NCBI RefSeq assembly: GCF_036321535.1
Contig: NC_087436.1
Coordinates: forward strand, 117,058,001-117,122,000
DNA from: Camelus dromedarius
Taxonomy: Eukaryota
Reading direction: 5' to 3'
DNA length: 64,000 nucleotides
In this document: piece after piece, positions 22,481 to 33,843 of the stretch
Numbering within the stretch: position 1 is the first letter of the stretch
Layout: each line of letters opens with the position of its first letter
Notes under the pieces: generated by a model
Told to the model about the DNA's origin: nothing
What the model saw: the letters and a program-made list of their open reading frames with translations, nothing else
The model's database searches: none
Translations under genes and position numbers: made by a program

Positions 22481-24229
22481 TATTTGGTAAATGGCACTTA
22501 CGTTTAATCATTTAACATCCAAGGTCTCGGTGTGGCAGAGCCCGGACTCACACCCAGGCCTCTGCACTCCAGCCTGATCATCCCCCTGCAGATCTGAGCC
22601 CCAGGGCAAAATCAGGAACCCGTTTATACCCATGAATATTTGCTCAGGCATCCTGTACCCAGGCTGAGAAGGCTTCTAGAGCCCATTCCTTGGGAAATCC
22701 TCAAAAATTTTGTCACTTCCCTGTAATTATTGAAATGACCCAGTCTGCCTGTCAATCTCCCTGCTGCGGGGATTGCACACTGAAATCTTTCTTCTGCCTT
22801 CCCCAGCCTGAGTGGTGGAGTGGAGAATGGAAGCCGGAGGTACCAACATGCCCAACTCAGGGTGTGTGGAGGGGTGGGGGGCGGTTCTGAGCTTGAGACT
22901 GAGCCTTGTGCAAAGTATGTAGGTGGATAATTTTGACTGGCGACGCTCCCCGGGGATGTCAACTTAAATCCACGTGTGTTGTGCGTTATTACCTTTGGGG
23001 GACTGGGATTGTTGCTTCTGAGACGTTTTTGCTCTCAGGAACCTCAGAGCTGGCTGAGGGAGTGAAGGGCCCCTTAGTTTCCTTGCCTGTGAGAGGAGAA
23101 GGCTCTGTGTTCTGCGTGTGCTGGCTCTGCCCCCATCTCTGGTGAAGCCAGCCAGCCACTGTCGTCCCTCTGCAGGAAGACGGAGCTCCACGTGGCAGTT
23201 TCTGCCCTTCCCAGGATTGCCCGGCACCTCACTTGAGGGGGTGGGTGAGTGTGACTGCTTTGAAGGTGCTAACAGCTCCTCTGCTAGACACGGATTCCTA
23301 GAAAGCTGGTCCTGCCTCCCGCAGAACAGGGGGAACATCGCCAGGGACATAGATAGTAAAGATCTGGAGGTCTCCAGGGAGGTGCTGAGATACTGAGGAA
23401 ATAAAAGTTGTGAGGGCCCCAGGCAGAGACTCACTAGTAGTCTGTCAAATACAGTGGGCACGTGCGGCCTCGGGGACACGGGGCAGTGGAGGGAGCACGT
23501 GGGATTGCCCCTCACAAGGCGCACACACGTCGCGGCCGGCTGCGCTTGCTTCCAGACCAGAGGCCTCACATGAAGACCTGCTGTGTGTCTAGTATCACGA
23601 AAGGCCCTTACCTGCAGCATCCCCTTTGACCCCTGCAGTGGGCGTGTTGCATGGAAGAGGGGTCAGGCCCAGCGAGACAAAGACAGCCAGTAACTGGAGC
23701 TGTTTCCAAAGGAGAAGCTGTCTGCAGCCACTGACAAGCACCCTCTTTGCCGGAGGCACTCCCTGACTTGGGGAACCCTCTCTGGTCCTTCTGAGCTTTT
23801 CATTATCAGTACCCCAGAGTTTACCCTTCTCTTTCCAGGGCACATCTGCTTTCTCTCCCATCTGTTTGTAAGTTCCTGCCGGGCCAGGGCAGCATCAAGG
23901 TGCTACTAATTGTTCCTCCCTCCCCGCTCTAGGCACACGTCAGGCATTTAGGCTTTTGTCAGTTGTGGGTGAACCCTTGGTGCTTGAGTAAAGGTGGGTG
24001 CAATGTTTATTAGGGCACAGTGCCCCTGGGAAAAAGACGTGAGTCCTCATGAACATTCCGGAAATAGGAAGGAATACAGTCTGGTTGGAATACAGGTTCA
24101 GGGAGTGGGGAGAGACAGGAAAGGGAGGTTGGGACCAGGTGGAGGCGTGTCCAACAGATATCTGATTGGCAGTTCGTTCTCAGCATGCCCAGGCCACATC
24201 TGGGTTTCCCCCCATGTCCTTCCCCCTAA

Positions 24230-24938
24230 TGGCAACACCATGCCTTGAGCTGTTCGGAGCCCCAACCTTGGACTTCTCACTGGTCCCCCTGCTCTTCCCG
24301 TGCCTCACTTAGTTCTTCGGTGAATCCTGGTGAGTCTGCAAAGGGCTTCAGAATCTCGCAGGGCTTCACTACTGCTTCCGCTTTCACCCTCATCCAAGCC
24401 ACTGTCCTCACCTGGTTTGCAAAAGCGAAAAGCCAAACAAGTGTCCCTGCTTCCACCCTGGCTCTCCTCCAGTCTGCTGTTACAGAAAATACGAGATTGG
24501 GGCGCTCCTCTGCTCTCCCTGACCAAGGCTGAGAGGGCCTCGCCGTCCAGCCGCGCACCTCCGATCTGACCTCAACGCCCCCCCCCCCCCCCCCCCGCCA
24601 CCGGCTCCGGGTTCCCGGGTGTCCGAGCTCTCCCTGGAACACGCCGCATGTCGGTCTCGGGACAAGGGCTTTGCTGTGGCCTTTGCTCTATATTCTTTCC
24701 TCAAGTAGCTGCATGGCTCACTCCCCTTTTCCTTTAGGTTTCTGTTTAGACGTCTCCGTGTGGCTGTGGCCCCTACTAAACAGCACCCCATCCTGGCTTT
24801 CCCTGCCCCTCGGTGCCCACGGCACACGGGGAGCTGGCCAGCGAGCAGAGCAGCCACCTGCTACCTGACCTGCTACATCCTGACCTAGCGCGGTGCCTGG
24901 CACCAAGTAGTTGCTCAGTAAGTCATTTGTTGATTGAA
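24230..24938 (+). mobile_element. L2 3' portion
   Basis: Ends in the L2 tail gtgcctggcaccaagtagttgctcagtaagtcatttgttgattgaa. Confidence 0.7.
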
Positions 24939-26839
24939 AGGCCTTGAAAGCTGGGCTGTGCGGTGGAGACAGTGAGCAGCCACTGAAGCTTTTACTGTGT
25001 GGAAGTAAAAAAGGCTGGGCCCAGGTCAGGCTGCTGGACTTAAGTTTTGTGGCAGTCACCTTTTTTCACACCAAGCAGGTATCAGACCCTTACTGACTTC
25101 CCATTTGGAGCCACCGCTGTCATTTGTTTTGTTGCCTTAAAAGTTGTTTTGCGAACCCAGCAGTACAGCAGTTCTTAAGCTTATAGAAAAAAGAAGAAAG
25201 ATTGCCCCACCTTGGAGAGGAAATTCTCTCCAGAGTTAAAAGCATGCAGTGATGTGGCTGACCAGAAAGGTGTTCCAGAAGGAAGGAACCTGATACAGTC
25301 TTCCCTTGAGGCCCGCATCGCCCCTGGCGCCACCCACCCCCAAGTCTGGGAAGGTTCCTCCCAGTCGCTGTGGAGGAGCCTCTCGTTCTAAACTGCCCAG
25401 GACCACTTCCCCGGAGAATAGCTTTGGTAAATAATTCTCCTACCAGAGGCCCCTCCAAGCTGCCAGAAGCAGCCAGCAGATTTGCTGCAAGGGCAAGTTT
25501 GGAGTTGCTTTTTAAAATACTCAGTCTCTAGATTCCAGAACTAAAATATATGTATATTTGAAAAAAAAAATGCTACATCTGAAGTTAAATTCAGAGCCCA
25601 GTGTTTGCAGCAGTTAGACGTTGCTGCTTCCAAGCTCAGCACAGTGGGCTTGTCTCCTTGAACAAGGTATCGACCATGTTGGGGGATGTTGAACTTGAGC
25701 ACTGAGTTTCATGTGGAATGATCTGCCTGTCATGGGCAGAAGGACAACCTGTGCCTCCCCTACAGGTGGGGGCAGGGGTGTGTACATGAAGGGACAGATG
25801 GCTGGAGAAGGACTGACCTCTTCCCTTCTGTCCCATTGCACATGCCTCCAAGTCCCTGCCACAGGCCCAGGGCAGACGCACCGGCCCCACCTGCGCAGAG
25901 CCTGCCGCCCTGGGCGGGAGTGAAACGGGCCCCAGGGTGACAGAAGGAAGTGGCATGTTTGATTAAGGCCCAGGCAGCACACATGTGGGGTCAAGGGCCA
26001 GGAGACAGCTGAGGGCCTGTGGTCTGACCTTTAACAAGTGAGGAAGCTGAGGCTCCAAGAAGACCCCGCAAGCTGTGTGGGGCCTGAGTGGTGGGCACGG
26101 GCCTCACTGGTTCTGGGGCCAGTGACCCTCTGGTGCTTTAGCTGTCATGGTGGTGCTCCCTGAGTGTCCGCGGGCTCCAGGCAGGCACTTGTCATTTCTC
26201 TCCCACCTCCCTTCTCCCCCTCCTGTGTTTGAGCCCGAGTTAATCTTGTTATAAGTATTTATCAAGCATCTGCTTTGTAGCGAAGCCTACGCCAGGTTCC
26301 AGAGACATCTTGACAAAAGCCTGTCCTCACCAAGACAGTCTTGCAGGGCAACCGACACTCAGCAAATGGGACTGATGCTGAGAGGAGGAGACGGGCCGTG
26401 AGGCATCCTCACGCGGTGGGGGGGGGGGGGTGGTCTGAGGAGCTGGGGCCTTGGAAGGGACCAGTCAGGTAGAGCAGGGGCAGCGAGAGGGTCCCACACA
26501 GGTTGTGGAGTTTCGTGGCCTGAGTACTGGGGTTGGGGGAGTGATGTGCAGGCAGGAGAGGGTGGGGGGCCCTGGTGCTGGGGGTCAGGCAGCCCTGGAA
26601 CAGCCCAGCCCTGCCCTGAGGCCACCAGCACCAGGAAAATGTTGAGCAGATGCACAGTGAGGTCAGGTCAGTAGAGAGGGGGTGTGGAAGGTGTGAGGCA
26701 GGGAGACCAGTTAGGAAGCTGCTCAAGGATGCCCACGTCGTCACCTGGCACCCTTGGTTCTCAATGTTTCACACATACATTCCCCATCCTGCCGGGCCCT
26801 GCCCACGGGCACGGCCCCCAAGATGAGATCTAGTGAGGC

Positions 26840-27024
26840 AGTCCCTCCCCTCCCCTCCCCCACCCCACTGAGATAGTTGGCAATGTCTGCAGATGTTTTT
26901 GTGCTACTGGTATCTAGTGGGTAGAGGCCAGGGATGTTGCCAAACATCCTACAGTGTTCAGGGCTGTCCTCCAGCAAAGCGTTATCCAGCCCAAAGTGTC
27001 GGTAGTACCAACTGCAGAACGCTG
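26840..27024 (+). mobile_element. MER20 (hAT-Charlie) DNA transposon
   Basis: ttggcaatgtctgcaga...tgctactggtatctagtgggtagaggccagggatgttgccaaacatcctaca...ttatccagcccaaagtgtc. Confidence 0.85.
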
Positions 27025-28389
27025 GTAGGTAATGTTCTAATGCACTCAGTTAAGCACTTAGGAATGTCCTGGGTGATTTAGGAACAAGGTGGAAGGATCA
27101 GCTGTGACACAGAGCTGCAGGGAAGGCTTCTGGAGAAAGGGCACTTTTGAATTGGGTTTTGGAGGGTGAGTAAGAGTTCTCCAGGAAGGCAATTGAGACA
27201 GCAGAGATGGGGAGAGTCTAGACAGGGAACACGTGCATGGAGGTTGGAAGAAGTTTAACTTGTGTTCTCTAAGCACTGTTATGGATGCTCGGGGTCATCT
27301 TGGTACATTTCTTACCCTCCTGGGGGAGGGATATAAAAGCCACCTTTGAAGTGAAAAAAAAGATTGCAGCCTCATGAGGCCAGTGAAGAGGTGGTCCTGT
27401 TCCTGGTTGCGCTGTAGCAGTTGACCCTGCTCACCCAGATCCCCACCCCATCCCCTAATGGGCCTCACCACAGTTGGCGAGGAGACCCTGAAGTTGAAAG
27501 GGCCCTTTCCTCCTCTTCTCCGAAGTCTCAGTGGTGACATCTCCCTGGCCAAGGTGCTGATGCCCCGCATGGACCTGCACCCCAGCTTCGGTCGGCTTGC
27601 TTGTAGCTTCCAACACAGGTCTCATCTCTGCTGTGCAGGGTCTTCCTAGAAAAGTGCGGCCCCTCTACCACAGACTCGATGTGCACCTCTCAGCATAGGT
27701 GTCCCAGGCCTGCTCCCGGAACACCGGCCGGTTCCTGCCCAGCACGCAGCCCCTAGCATCATACCTGGTTTTTGTGGAGCACATTTTGTGTCGGGCAGTG
27801 GCCGAGCACTTGGCCAGTTCAGTGTCCACAGCTGTGGGGTGGGGAGAATGATACTATTACCCGGGTTAGTTCACAGGTGTCCATGGAGGGTCGCCTGGTA
27901 CCTGACGGTGCACGTTCTGCCTTGGTCCTCACGACTGCCCTGTTGAGTGGCTACTATCTCTGTTTAGGCATAAGGACACTGAAGTCCCAGGGGGTGCTGT
28001 GATCCGAACCTAGGCAGTCGCCCCCAAAGTCTCCCCTCATGCCTGCTCAGAAGGCCTTGGTCAGCCCTGGGCAGGCAGAGAAAGGGGAGACAGGGAGGGA
28101 GGTGGCAGCGTCCTGTGTCCAGTGGGTGTCCCATGGGGAACCCTCGCGGTCCCCTGTTTTAGGGCTGGGTTTGCTTCGTTGGTGGGGGGCGGTGGGGAGT
28201 GCTGAGCTGGGGGCAGAAGGGAAGCCGTTCTGGGCGCAGCCGCCTGGCGCTGCTGCTGAACCACTCGGCCCTTTCCACACGGTTCCCAGGTGGTAGCTGT
28301 GGCTGGTGCCGCCCTCTATTCCCTGAGGTAAGGCTGCCAGTGGTACCCACTGTGGGTGAGTAAAAGCAAGAGGAGTGAAGGTTCTCAGC

Positions 28390-28530
28390 TGAGTTCAGGT
28401 CCCAGCCCCACCACTTACCAGTCTGGGGACCTTCAGCACGTCAGCCTGTGTCTCTGCCCAACTTCTTTGCCTGTAAAATGGGGTCCTGAGGTTACCTTCT
28501 TTCAGGGGGCGTTTTGAGGTTTCAAAGAGA
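28390..28530 (+). mobile_element. MIR fragment
   Basis: gagttcaggtcccagccccaccacttacc...ctgtaaaatgggg. Confidence 0.6.
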
Positions 28531-30934
28531 ATCAACTAAAGGGTCCACTAGGCTGTCTGAGTGTTGTGGCCCTCAGGGTCTGACATGCGCCTGTCTTTTG
28601 GGATATTTGTAGGCTGCAGAGGCGAATCAGCCTGGGCCCTGCCCTCCACGGGGCCTGCTTACTGAGAGGCTTTGTGGGTGTAAGAATGACTTGCAGCACA
28701 GGATCGAAAGTAATAAGGGCAGTGGGCTGGGAGAGTTCATTTCCATCTGGGAGCATCAGGGAAGGCTTTTTGGAGGAGGCAGACTTTGCCTGAGTGTTGA
28801 AAGATAATTAGAAGGTTATCTGTGACCCAGAGGTAGGGAAAGTGTTCCAGACTGAGGCAGATAAAGGGAGGAATGTCACAACATTGTACTTTGATGGAGG
28901 AGGGACGAGGGCGTGATGAGAAATGGACTGTAGGTTAGGGCCACATTCCTCTGGGTGGAAAGGAGCCTTGAAGGCTGAGCAGGGCGGTCCCCACCGTTCC
29001 TGCGTTGGTGGTCTGTCGCCATTGCATGGAGTCGTTGGTTCACTGCTGGATCCGCGGGCCAGCCAGGAGTAGGTGCAGGAGTGGAGGGACCGAGGTCCTC
29101 GGCATCCCCTGAGGCACCGTGGTCGGGGGAGCCTCCGGGCTCAGACCTGCTCTGGAAGCGCAGACACTGGGGTGGCTTGGCAGCCGGTGACTCTCACTCA
29201 CTCGAGTTGGGCCCAGGTCGCCAGTGGACAGAGGGCCCTGCAAACTGTGTTCACGCCTCAGGTCCAGCTACCAGTGCCTGCTTTCAGGAACTGGGTGTGT
29301 CTGGAAAGCCGGTGCCCTAGAAACCTAATCCTCCCAGAAGGTGGAGGCTGGAGGAAACCCAGGGCCTTCCCTGGAGGCGGCAGGGGACCTTCCGCAGCTC
29401 CAGGAGAGCATGGACGCCTCCGTCCATGCTGGGTCCCACAGCTTCACCGGTCAGCCCCCTGCCCGACCCCTGACGTGTCCGTTGAGTTCACAGTGGGCCG
29501 GGCCTGCTGTGGCAAGCTGCCATACCCTGTGACCTGGGCCATCCCTTAACCATCCCTGGAGAGCGCTGTTGTGACCTCTGACCCCACCTCTGTGCCTGAG
29601 CCTGAGGGGACAAAGGAATGTGAAAGAGCCTTGTGGGGCTCAAGTGACTCTCCCTTCTGCGTGGTCGCGAGTCTCCTCAGGGGCAGGGCAGAGAGCCAGA
29701 AGGTGTGGGGCAGATGGCTGAGTTTGCTAGTCTGTGGAGGCCCCCGCCCATGCACTAGCGGGGGAGGTGGGAACGTTTGGGCCCAGGTACCTGCACTCCA
29801 GGGCCCTGAACCAGCCCCCGAAGGACCTGATCAGAGTTGGGACAGAGAGACTGGTAGATTGGTGGACAGCAGAGAGATCAGTTAAAACAATAGTGTCACA
29901 GTCCCAGGAGGGACAGGAGGACCTGGATGGAATCTGCCCAGGGTGGGAAGATGAGGTAGGAATGGGCCTGGGACACAGGCTGATGGGCAGGGCTGGGACT
30001 GGCCTGGGGTCTTGGTCAAGACTACAGGAGATTTTATCCGGCTCTGTCAGCCTCTGCCCACGTCCACTAGGCACCCACAGGCCTCAGATGCCAGGGCTTC
30101 CTCCTGGTTTCTGCCTGAAGTCTCTTGTCCCTTGATAGCGGCAGTGTAGGAAGGAAATCCCAGGGGAGGGGTGCCCCTGCCTCCAACCCTCAGAAAGACA
30201 CCCCAGCGCAGTTCTGAAGGTGCCCCCTCTGCTCCCTGCTACTCCCTAAGCTGGCTTCCTTCCCTCTCTGTCTCATTATGCTGTTCCCAAGCATTTCCCC
30301 CAGTAAACTGCTCCCTGCCAATCCTGTTCTCCTCCCTCGAGAAAGGAGGTAGGGGTGAGTCTCCGGATGGGAGAGTGATCGCCCCTTGTGAGGGTCTGAG
30401 TCCAGTGCCGTCTGGACCCGGCTGGTCTGGGATGAGCTTGGCCTGCAGCAGGACACATTGGGGACAGGGAGGCGGCATTTCTGGCTCAAGTAGCAGCGTC
30501 CTTGTGTGCAGAGCAGCGGGGGGAGGTTGCTGCTGACTCGAGTGCGTTGTTTTCATTGTGTTCAGCCTGGAAAACTTGCCCCCAGTTGTACTGGGGATCC
30601 GGACAGAGCACTGTCTCCTCCAGACCAGGATTCCAGTGCCAAGCCAGCTGGGGACCACCCTGGGGTTTCACCCACCCTGACCATTTAGGGGAAGGATTTT
30701 TAAGGGCAGAACCTTCTCCCAGGGCTGCGGCTGACTCATCTTCGGTCATCCCCCCGCCCTAAACCCCCACCCAGGGTCCTGGGGAGCCCACCCTTTAAAG
30801 GCAGTGCCCAGCTCTGCACCCAGGGTGGAGCCCTTGGTCGGGCTGAGCAAGGACCTTGGTGGTGGTGGCCTGATCACAGACCACTTTTGGCAGCTTCTTT
30901 GTGAGGGAAGTTGTGTATGTGAGAACATTCGAGT

Positions 30935-31320
30935 ACGAAGGACTGTTTGAATTTGAATACGTTGGGGCTGTTGTGACCCTTCCTGCACGTGTCTTTTTAT
31001 GGACATGTGTGTTTATTTCTCTTGGACAAACACCGAGCAGTGGGGTTGCTGGGCTCTTGTCTAGACATAGTGTTGACTTTATAAATAACCAGCCAAACCT
31101 TTCCGGCTGGATCATTTTGCATTCCCACCAGCAACGTATGAGAACTCTAGACCTCACCCCACCCCCGCCCCGTCCTCACCAATGTTTGGTGACGGCAGTG
31201 TCTTAATTTTATTGACTTTAGTGGGTATATGTAGGTTTCCCATTGAGTTCTGATTTGCGTTTTCCAGAGGGCTGATGACATTGAGTGCCTTTTCATGTGC
31301 TTCTTTGTCATTCAGAACAT
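30935..31320 (-). mobile_element. Old L1 fragment, antisense
   Basis: ggacatgtgtgtttatttctcttgg, cattttgcattcccaccagcaacgtatgaga, ttgagtgccttttcatgtgctt. Confidence 0.8.
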
Positions 31321-32743
31321 ATTGGGTGCTTGTGTTTCTAATTTCATTAGCAAATGTTTATTCTGAGACAGATTAATTGACAAACCCCATATATTAAGTG
31401 CCTCCTATATCACGTGATGCTGAGTGTTAAGTCCTAGGGGTAAAAGGACTCTAAACCTTTTTTCTCCAAGATAGCATTTATTGAGCACCTGTTTTTTGCC
31501 AAGTGCTGTGATAGATAAAGAGATAAAGGCACATGGAGCAGGTCAAAGAAAAGCTGGAGGAGAGGGACACAAGGGTCAGTAGGGACGTGGTGAATGTTTT
31601 GGAAGCATAGGGGAGAGAAGTGGCCGGCACAGGAGGCTTCAGGCAGAGGGCTCCAGGCCAGATTGGCCAGCGTGAGCAGGTGGGGGGAGGTGTGCGAGGG
31701 CACAGTATTATGGACACACGGGCCTGCAGGAGCAGCAGGAGGGTGGCGTGCCTCTCTGGGCTCAGTCTGGTGGGATAGGGGATCCTGAGGCTGGGAGGCT
31801 GCGAAGAGTACAGGGGTTCAAGGAGAGGGGCAGGGGATCCTGAGGGTGGCTGGTAGAGTGCGGGCAGGGACCTACTGTGTCCGCTGCCTCCGGCGAGAGC
31901 ACTTGCTGGATAGAGAGCTGCCAGCAGATATCAGGGATTAGATGGCTGGGTCTTTCTTCCCTCCCAACAGAAGGCTTGGCTGTGGAGACGTGGAGAGGCT
32001 CTCAGCAAGTGGTTTGCACTGGGTTGTGTGTGTAGGGGGTCGGGGGAGCACCCTGACTTGTAATTTGAGTAAATTACACGTTAAAACCTCACTGCTGAGT
32101 GTTAAGGATGCTCCTGGTCCCAGACGTTGGCCCCACTTTTGCTGCAGAGCCCAGCCAGCCTTGGATTTGTGCTCTGAAAGATAGTTTCCCAAACGCGATT
32201 TTGACAAGGAGCAGCTCCCGGCTGCCTGCTCAGCCCTGTTCCTGCACCTCCGAGCCAGAGGCTCTGGTTCGGGTCATACGCTGCCTGGCAGCCCGGGGCT
32301 GAACAGGGAGACCCGCTTTGGTGGGGGCTGGAGAACAGCTGACGCTGAGAATGTGGCAGCAACGGGCAGCTTCTCACAAGTAGGAGAAAATCAGAGTCAA
32401 AATTTTTTTTCCAATGAAACTTTTATTTCCTTTGTATGTTTCACGAATACCTATTTGTACTCTGGCAAGTACAGAAAAACAAAGGAAAGAAAATCTGTTT
32501 GGATTTTATAATCATAGACTAAAGAGAAAGCATTAAAGTTACCTAGAATTCTATCACGCAGAGAAGGGTAGGTGTGCAGCAGGTAAGTGTTCTTCTGGGG
32601 TTTTCTTTATGGAGGTTTTGATTTCAGGGTGTATGTGGTGTGTGTGTGTGATTTTCCCACCCAAATCCGTGAATCCAGGAGAACGGACAGCAGTGTGACT
32701 GCTTCTGTGTCCCTTGTGTTCATTCGGGGTCTCCTCCCTGCAG

Positions 32744-32834
32744 AACCCGGCCATCGCTGACATCTACACCGAGCACGCCCATCAGGTGGTGGTGGCCAAG
32801 TACGCGCCCAGCGGATTCTACATCGCCTCTGGAG
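32744..32834 (+). CDS. WDR1: WDR1 exon 3 (91 nt)
   Basis: ccctgcag acceptor; [30 protein letters not shown]; gtacct donor. Confidence 0.98.
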
Positions 32835-33167
32835 GTACCTGTCTGCGTGCGTGGCTCCTGGGTGCATGTGGTGTGGCCCCCGCCCCTAGTCCTGGGACCA
32901 AGCTGGGCGCCTGGCCTGGGAGGGGAAGGGGAAGAGGAGGGAGGAAGAGGGAAGTGAGTCAAGGAGGGTGGGGGCAGGGCCGACGGGTGGAACCAGTGTG
33001 GTTAGCTTCACTTGGGGACAAGGAAAGTATAAGCCACCAAAAAGTCCCTTTCCAGAACTTTGCAGTTGGCAGTATTCCAGCTGGTTCCGACTGGGAGGTC
33101 ACCAGAAATGCTCACATGAGGTTGGCCGGAGGCCTCTGGGTGGCTGTATCATGATGTAGTTGAGCCC

Positions 33168-33169
<2 letters not shown>

Positions 33170-33209
<40 letters not shown>
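33170..33209. repeat. (TG)20 microsatellite
   Basis: Perfect TG run of 40 nt. Confidence 0.98.
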
Positions 33210-33210
<1 letters not shown>

Positions 33211-33707
33211 ATGTGCGCGCACTTCTGACCTGTGGCTTTGTCTTGCGTCACCTTTATTTGCTGCTCCTTTCCCTGTGTTGAGCAAAACGCTGGCCTCAGG
33301 CAAGCGTCCTGCTCTGTTTGTGGTCTGGGCCTGTGCTGCCTCCAGCCGGGCTTTTGTGTGGCCCCGTGGGAGGCCGGGTAAGAGAGAGACATTGAGGTCT
33401 CCACGTTGCAGGATACTTTATTCTCCTAATCCTTGGAGGTTGCTCTTTTACTGTTTACAGATGAGAGAGGGAGACACAGACATTAGAGTGGCTGAACCCA
33501 TGACCCGCATTCATTCATTCGTTACTCGTTCATTCGCTCACACTCAGCCTCCAGCCTGGGCTCAGGCCCCAGGAAGGGCCAGGTGGATGAGCTGACGTGG
33601 GCTTTGTCGGCGACAGAAATGAGCACGTTGCTGGAGGAACTAAGTGGCCAGTGAGGGACGGCCGGGATCATACACACTGGTGGCCATTTGTCTACACTTT
33701 CTTCGCT

Positions 33708-33843
33708 GCCTGCCCCTTACCAGCTGTGTAGCCTTCCTCAAAGAACTCACCTCCCTGGGCCTTCATTTTCTCTTCTGTAAACTGGGCCTGCTAGTAGCTA
33801 CCAGGTCGGTTGGGGAGGACCCAGTGCGGCAATGCACGTAAGA
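33708..33843 (+). mobile_element. MIR fragment
   Basis: cttaccagctgtgt...cacctccctgggccttcattttctcttctgtaaactggg. Confidence 0.65.
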
